32,325 nucleotides of DNA, taken from the NCBI GenBank assembly GCA_947573465.1, contig CANPET010000001.1, positions 1 to 32,325 of the forward strand, in the 5' to 3' direction. Shown piece by piece: positions 27,189 to 32,325 of this stretch; position 1 is the first letter of the stretch; every line of letters begins with the position of its first letter. This DNA is from an uncultured Eubacterium sp. (GTDB lineage: Bacteria; Bacillota; Clostridia; Lachnospirales; Lachnospiraceae). The position numbers and the translations under genes were made by a program. A model generated the notes under the pieces. It had not been told where the DNA came from. It did not search any database and saw nothing but the letters and a program-made list of their open reading frames with translations.

Positions 27189-30100
27189 ATGAAGAAAAAC
27201 AGAACATTTCAATTGAAGAGGAGTATGTTAAAAAGGGCATGTGCAGTTGTATTATCCATGGCACTGGCAGTTACAGGGCTAAATGTGAATGGCATATACA
27301 ATGTAACAGCAGGCTGCCACGAAACAGTACAGAGTGAGATGAAAATAACAGCAGCACAAAAAGAAGAAGCCAGAAAAGAAGATGCGAAAGTACGGGAAAA
27401 ATTAAAGCAGACAAAACTAAGCAGAGAAAAAAACAAAAAAGCAACAGCCGTAAAAGAACTAAAAAATTTAAGGACCACAAATTCAACAACATATCTTTTA
27501 AGTAACGGAAGCAGGAAACTGGAGATATACGGAGAAGACATACGATACAAAGAGAACGGAAAGTATGTCGATTATGACCCGTCACTTAAAAAGATATCTA
27601 AAAGTGAAACGAAAGAACTGACAGGACAGAAAGTAACCAAAGACAAAGATACAGCAGGAAATTATGCATATGTGAACACGGCAGGAGATGCAAAGCATTA
27701 CTTCCCTGAAAACTTAGATGAAGACAAAGCAGTTGTAATGACAAAAAAGAACCATGTCATCTCATTTGCTCCGGTAAGAAAAGAGATGGCACAGGAAACT
27801 TTGGAGAATACCGAAAATAAAGAACCGGTCAAGGAAGTTCTCAATGATGTTAAAGACGTGGAGACAGATAATAAGGCTGGTCGGGTAGCAGATAAAGAAA
27901 AACAAAGCAGTTTTAAGAAAATAAGCAAGTTCGTTACACCATTAAAAATTGAGAAGAAAAGCATAAAAGAAGATAACTTAACATACAGTGATGGCAGGAC
28001 AATATCGTATCAGTATACATCGCTTAAAAATGGTGTCAAAGAAGAGATTATACTTCATGAAAAGCCGGCAACAAATATCTTTGAATTCAAACTGAATCTT
28101 CCGGGAATGAAGATGGAAATGTTTGAAGGCAGTAAAGAGATAAGGATATCAGATAAAAAAACAAAGAAACTTGTGGCATGCATCAGTGAACCAAACATTC
28201 AGGATGCGGATGGGAAACTTACCTATGACGAAGTGCATTATGAAATAGAAAAAGATAAAAACGGAGAGTACATACTGAAAGTAGTTGTAGATAAAGACTA
28301 TCTGAATTCAGAACATACAAAGTATCCGGTAATAATAGACCCGACTGTTTTGTGGCTAAATGACAGGCTGGAGAGTGCAAATGTATCAGATTTTCCTTAT
28401 ACAAAAAACATGAACATGAAAAATACAAATCTCATCCGGATATATAATAAGGGAGCAAACTATGGGGCATATGGCTCAGCAGAAACGGTCTGTTACATAG
28501 ATACAAGTGGAATCGATACCAATAATGCACTGGTGGGAACAACCGGTACATTTTATGGCTCTGATATAGAAGAGGCTTATTTAAAGATTACAGAAAAAGA
28601 CAAAATATATCCTGCCGGACAGAATGTCAATAAAGAGTTCATTTCCGGTCATGTAGAAGTTAGAACTCCGACAGGCACATGGGATCCGGATGTCATCACA
28701 TGGAACAACCATCCCCCGATGGGAGATAAGGTATGGTCACAGTTCAAGTGTACCGGAGCGGCAAATACAACCCACTTTGTAGATTTAAAAGACTGGGCAC
28801 AGGCAGTGGCAGACAGAAGCATAGAGAATACAGGACTGGCATTGAAATGCGTGGAAGAAGGAACCGGTGTAAACTTTTACAGTTCCTCATTACAGAATCA
28901 GCGCTATATGAGCCTGTCAATTACCTATGAGAATCCGCATATTGGAGAAAAAGACATCTATACTTATGAAGATTTCAGTACACTGAATGGAAGCGGGAAG
29001 ATAGAGCTGTCCCAGGGAAATTTTCTGTACCGGCAGGAAGATGTGGCACTGCCGACACCGCAGTTAGGACTGGAAATCAGCAGGACATACAATTCAAGAA
29101 ATACAGAGAGGTCAAACTTTGGCATCGGATGGACCTGCGGATATGATGCCTGTATCGCAGATGACAGTATCGGTTCATTGATATATAAAGATGGAACAGG
29201 GGCAGTATACACATTTGAACAGCAGGAGAGTGAGGAACTGGTATGTAATGAAAATCCCGACTTGAGTATAGAAATAAAAGACATTACCCAGACCAGAGTC
29301 ATATCAGCAACAGAGACAAAGCCGTCAAGCACAGTCAGCTTTACATCAAAATATATCATAACAGACAAAGACAAAATAAAACGCTACTTTGATGCAGCCG
29401 GAAGACTACGTCTGATCGAAGAAGCCAACGGAACATTTATCTACATAAAATATCATTCCAATTTCGGACTGATAGAATCCATTCATTCCAGCAAAGGCCA
29501 GAAGATAGACTTTGAGTTTGCTTATTCCGGAGGAGACTACTTTATCAGTAAAACAACACTGGCAGACGGGTCATCATTTAATTATACATATACAGGTAAA
29601 AGGCTGACAAAAGTTACCCACAAGGGTGCAGACGATAATGAAATCGTGTATAATTATGAATATAACAGTAACGGACAGATGAGTAAAATCATTGATGCCA
29701 TGGGAACGGCGTACAGAATAGAGTATGACGGAAAGAGTGTCAGCAGTGCAATTTATCCTGATAATTCAAGAATCGATGTATATACCAATTACGAACCTCT
29801 GAAAACAAGAGTATACACAAAGAATCCAAACAACATGATACTGCATTACGAAGAGTATGAGTTCGATGCGGACGGAAAAGTATTAAAGACGACAAAAGAT
29901 TCAGGAAACGTATTTACATATTCATATGACGGAAGTCTTGTGACAAACACAACAGAAGAAGTCCAGTACCATGAACTCCAGAACAATATCGTGAAAACAA
30001 TCACGCCTACAGGCGGGGAGGGAGATAAACATTTAGAAGAAGCAGTATCATACGATGATAGAAGTAATGTGGAAACAGAAACAGATGAAGAAGGAAATGT

Positions 30101-32325
30101 AACGACATATACATACGGAGATCCTTCAAATCCGGATTTAGAGACAAAAGTAGTAGAAAAAAACGCAGACGGAGAGACAATATCAGAGACTGCATATGAA
30201 TATGACAGTAAAGGAAATCTTATCAAAGAAACAGATTATATAGAAAAGACAGTAACAAGATATACTTATGATAATGATGGAAATGCAACAGAGAGTATAG
30301 AAACCTTAGTAGATGAAAACACAAATTTAAGCAATGTAAGCAGCACCGCTTTAACAAAAGGATTAGAGAATTCAAAAGATACAGCAACATATGACCAGGA
30401 TGGAAATACGAAAACAAGCAGTGTAACATCTGGAACAATCAACCAGACAGAGCAGAATACATATGATGAATTAGGAAGAATAGAAACAACAACAGATGAG
30501 AAAAGCATCGTATCAACTTATGTGTATGATGAGTTCGGAAGAGTTAAATCGACGACAACAACAATACCGAACAAAACCCCGGAAACGACAATGACAGTCT
30601 ATGACTCAAATGGCAGGGTTACAGAAGAAACAGACAAACAGGGAAGAAAAACAACATACCAGTATGACAGCATGGGACGTGTGGTATCAAAGACATTAAC
30701 CTGTGGTGGTGAGAGCCGTACGACAACGACTACCTATGGATATGAAGACAATTTTTACGTAATTACCGGAACAGGAGCAAACAAGAGATTACCGACAGTG
30801 GCAGTTGTAACAGAAAAGAATGCAAACGACGAAGTAATATCCAAAACATATACAGACCCTTACGGACAGACAGTCAGGGAAGAAAGCAACGGGATACGTA
30901 CGGATTATACTTATGACAAGCAGGGAAATGTATTTACAACGTACACAAGAGGTGTGGGCAGCACAAATCCGGCAACACCAAAGCTGGTTGTAACGGTATA
31001 TGATAAACATGGAAGGCTGACAGACACGATACAGAACCCTGTTTACAGAAATGGTGCATTTACTGTAGATGCAACAAACTCCATTGTAACATCCAATAAG
31101 TATGATGAAAACGGCAACCTGACAGAGGAGACAGATGGTAAGGGCAGCAAGACAACATATGAATATAATGAGGAAGGAAAACTGACAAAAGTAAGCCTGC
31201 CGGATGGAACAGGGACAGCCAATGATACTTTGTATGCATATGATATACAGAACAAGGACGCAACCGGTAATATCCTGTCTACAACAGACAAAACAACCAA
31301 TGCACTTGGATATATATCAGAGACGGTAAAGAACGGAGCAGGGCAGGTGCTGTCTGTAGAAGATAAGCATGCCACAAACAGCATAAAAACAACATATGAA
31401 TATGATGCCAGTGGGAACAAGACGAAAGAAACATATTCCAATGGAAGTTATGTTATGATTTACTATAATAAGAAAAACCTCCCAGTATCAAGATATGAGT
31501 ACAACATGAATAAGACATGGACAAGACTGACATCGTACAGTTACAATGAAGATGATTTATTGTATAAGGCAGTTGATTTTAATGTCACAGGTAACGTACC
31601 AAAATCATATAGATATACTATTTATAAATATGATGCGTTGGGAAGAATGACAGGGTGTTCCCAAATCAATAAAGCGAGTGAGCCGACAGGGGATGAAATT
31701 GATGAGAATAAACTGGTTTATAAGTATGACATCGAAGACAAACTGACGGAAATAAGATATCCGAAAGCATCAGGTGACAAACTGAAAGGAATTAAGTTTG
31801 AATACAATGATTATAAGTGGTTAGTAAAAATCAAAGGAATCGTAAATGAAAATGGTGCAGAAGTAACACGTGATATCAGAGGTTATGAATACTATAATGA
31901 CAGTAAGGTAAAGACAATAAAAGATTACAGGGGATTCTTAAATAATGGAAGCGGTTATATACAGAAATCCTATGAGTATGATCGTTTTGACCGGGTAACG
32001 AAGATGTCTTATGCGGACAGCAGTAACTTAGGTTTGGTTCTGGAACAGTATACTTATGGTTATGACAAGAACAGCAATATCATAAGCGAGACGATTATCA
32101 ATAACTATCCAGTAAAACAGGAAGAGAAGGTTAATGAGACAAGGACATATACCTATGACAGCCTGAACCGTATGATAACATCGAAGAAAACGGATAACAT
32201 CAGTCAGACGGTAAGTAATGCTTCGTATACATATGATAAGGTGGGGAATTGTACTAAGAGTATAGAGGACGGAGTTACAACATATAGTACGTATAACAGT
32301 TTAAATCAGTTAGTACAGAGGGATG
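27189..32325 (+). CDS. WapA-like secreted RHS/YD-repeat protein (probable polymorphic toxin), 3'-truncated, at least 1712 aa; not in ORF track
   Basis: GGGAGG RBS, then MKKNRTFQLKRSMLKRACAVVLSMALAVTG signal peptide. WapA-like ELKNLRTTNSTTY, YPVIIDPT, ITWNNHP; GNFLYRQEDV..SRTYNS..FGIGW; many YxYDxxGR/GN repeats. The same frame reads YNSLNQL at the window end and the track lists no terminated ORF in this frame. Confidence 0.9.
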   Translation, partial: MKKNRTFQLKRSMLKRACAVVLSMALAVTGLNVNGIYNVTAGCHETVQSEMKITAAQKEEARKEDAKVREKLKQTKLSREKNKKATAVKELKNLRTTNSTTYLLSNGSRKLEIYGEDIRYKENGKYVDYDPSLKKISKSETKELTGQKVTKDKDTAGNYAYVNTAGDAKHYFPENLDEDKAVVMTKKNHVISFAPVRKEMAQETLENTENKEPVKEVLNDVKDVETDNKAGRVADKEKQSSFKKISKFVTPLKIEKKSIKEDNLTYSDGRTISYQYTSLKNGVKEEIILHEKPATNIFEFKLNLPGMKMEMFEGSKEIRISDKKTKKLVACISEPNIQDADGKLTYDEVHYEIEKDKNGEYILKVVVDKDYLNSEHTKYPVIIDPTVLWLNDRLESANVSDFPYTKNMNMKNTNLIRIYNKGANYGAYGSAETVCYIDTSGIDTNNALVGTTGTFYGSDIEEAYLKITEKDKIYPAGQNVNKEFISGHVEVRTPTGTWDPDVITWNNHPPMGDKVWSQFKCTGAANTTHFVDLKDWAQAVADRSIENTGLALKCVEEGTGVNFYSSSLQNQRYMSLSITYENPHIGEKDIYTYEDFSTLNGSGKIELSQGNFLYRQEDVALPTPQLGLEISRTYNSRNTERSNFGIGWTCGYDACIADDSIGSLIYKDGTGAVYTFEQQESEELVCNENPDLSIEIKDITQTRVISATETKPSSTVSFTSKYIITDKDKIKRYFDAAGRLRLIEEANGTFIYIKYHSNFGLIESIHSSKGQKIDFEFAYSGGDYFISKTTLADGSSFNYTYTGKRLTKVTHKGADDNEIVYNYEYNSNGQMSKIIDAMGTAYRIEYDGKSVSSAIYPDNSRIDVYTNYEPLKTRVYTKNPNNMILHYEEYEFDADGKVLKTTKDSGNVFTYSYDGSLVTNTTEEVQYHELQNNIVKTITPTGGEGDKHLEEAVSYDDRSNVETETDEEGNVTTYTYGDPSNPDLETKVVEKNADGETISETAYEYDSKGNLIKETDYIEKTVTRYTYDNDGNATESIETLVDENTNLSNVSSTALTKGLENSKDTATYDQDGNTKTSSVTSGTINQTEQNTYDELGRIETTTDEKSIVSTYVYDEFGRVKSTTTTIPNKTPETTMTVYDSNGRVTEETDKQGRKTTYQYDSMGRVVSKTLTCGGESRTTTTTYGYEDNFYVITGTGANKRLPTVAVVTEKNANDEVISKTYTDPYGQTVREESNGIRTDYTYDKQGNVFTTYTRGVGSTNPATPKLVVTVYDKHGRLTDTIQNPVYRNGAFTVDATNSIVTSNKYDENGNLTEETDGKGSKTTYEYNEEGKLTKVSLPDGTGTANDTLYAYDIQNKDATGNILSTTDKTTNALGYISETVKNGAGQVLSVEDKHATNSIKTTYEYDASGNKTKETYSNGSYVMIYYNKKNLPVSRYEYNMNKTWTRLTSYSYNEDDLLYKAVDFNVTGNVPKSYRYTIYKYDALGRMTGCSQINKASEPTGDEIDENKLVYKYDIEDKLTEIRYPKASGDKLKGIKFEYNDYKWLVKIKGIVNENGAEVTRDIRGYEYYNDSKVKTIKDYRGFLNNGSGYIQKSYEYDRFDRVTKMSYADSSNLGLVLEQYTYGYDKNSNIISETIINNYPVKQEEKVNETRTYTYDSLNRMITSKKTDNISQTVSNASYTYDKVGNCTKSIEDGVTTYSTYNSLNQLVQRD

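Noticed and set aside
27209-31441. Numerous short ORFs in the track, mostly minus strand, plus 28733-28930 +
   Set aside because: They overlap the long RHS frame and have Ser/Val/Phe/Leu-rich antisense composition; they are shadows.
31440-32325. Apparent shift to more T/G-ending codons at the RHS 3' end as a recombination junction
   Set aside because: Gradual, judged only by eye, with no definable breakpoint; it needs a codon-usage calculation.

Overview
AT-rich Bacillota DNA, most likely Clostridia (Lachnospiraceae-like; inferred from gene content). (1) 1-13.9 kb and 22.5-26.7 kb form a wall-glycopolymer (teichoic-acid-like) region: six CDP-glycerol/alditol phosphotransferase (TagB/TagF family) genes, tagD, a priming sugar-phosphate transferase, a GT2, an LCP ligase and murG, plus rhomboid and HIT genes. 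(2) A ~320-bp imperfect palindrome fills the whole gap between the convergent HIT and murG genes. (3) A more AT-rich block (13.9-22.5 kb) lies between the convergent polymerase genes. It carries a complete agr-type quorum-sensing system (agrA-agrC, then agrD-agrB). The 46-aa AgrD is missing from the ORF track, has no Cys, and is preceded by VirR-box-like direct repeats. Directly downstream are a secreted subtilase, an internalin-like LRR protein and a tandem Ig-repeat protein. The subtilase's C-terminal 263 aa carry the Zn-ligand motifs of the phospholipase C/P1-nuclease fold, starting at a buried Trp after VEGR. (4) From 27189 to the window end runs a >1700-aa WapA-like RHS/YD-repeat protein, also missing from the ORF track. 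The best candidate for an undescribed system is the agr-linked, possibly self-activating subtilase-Zn-PLC fusion.
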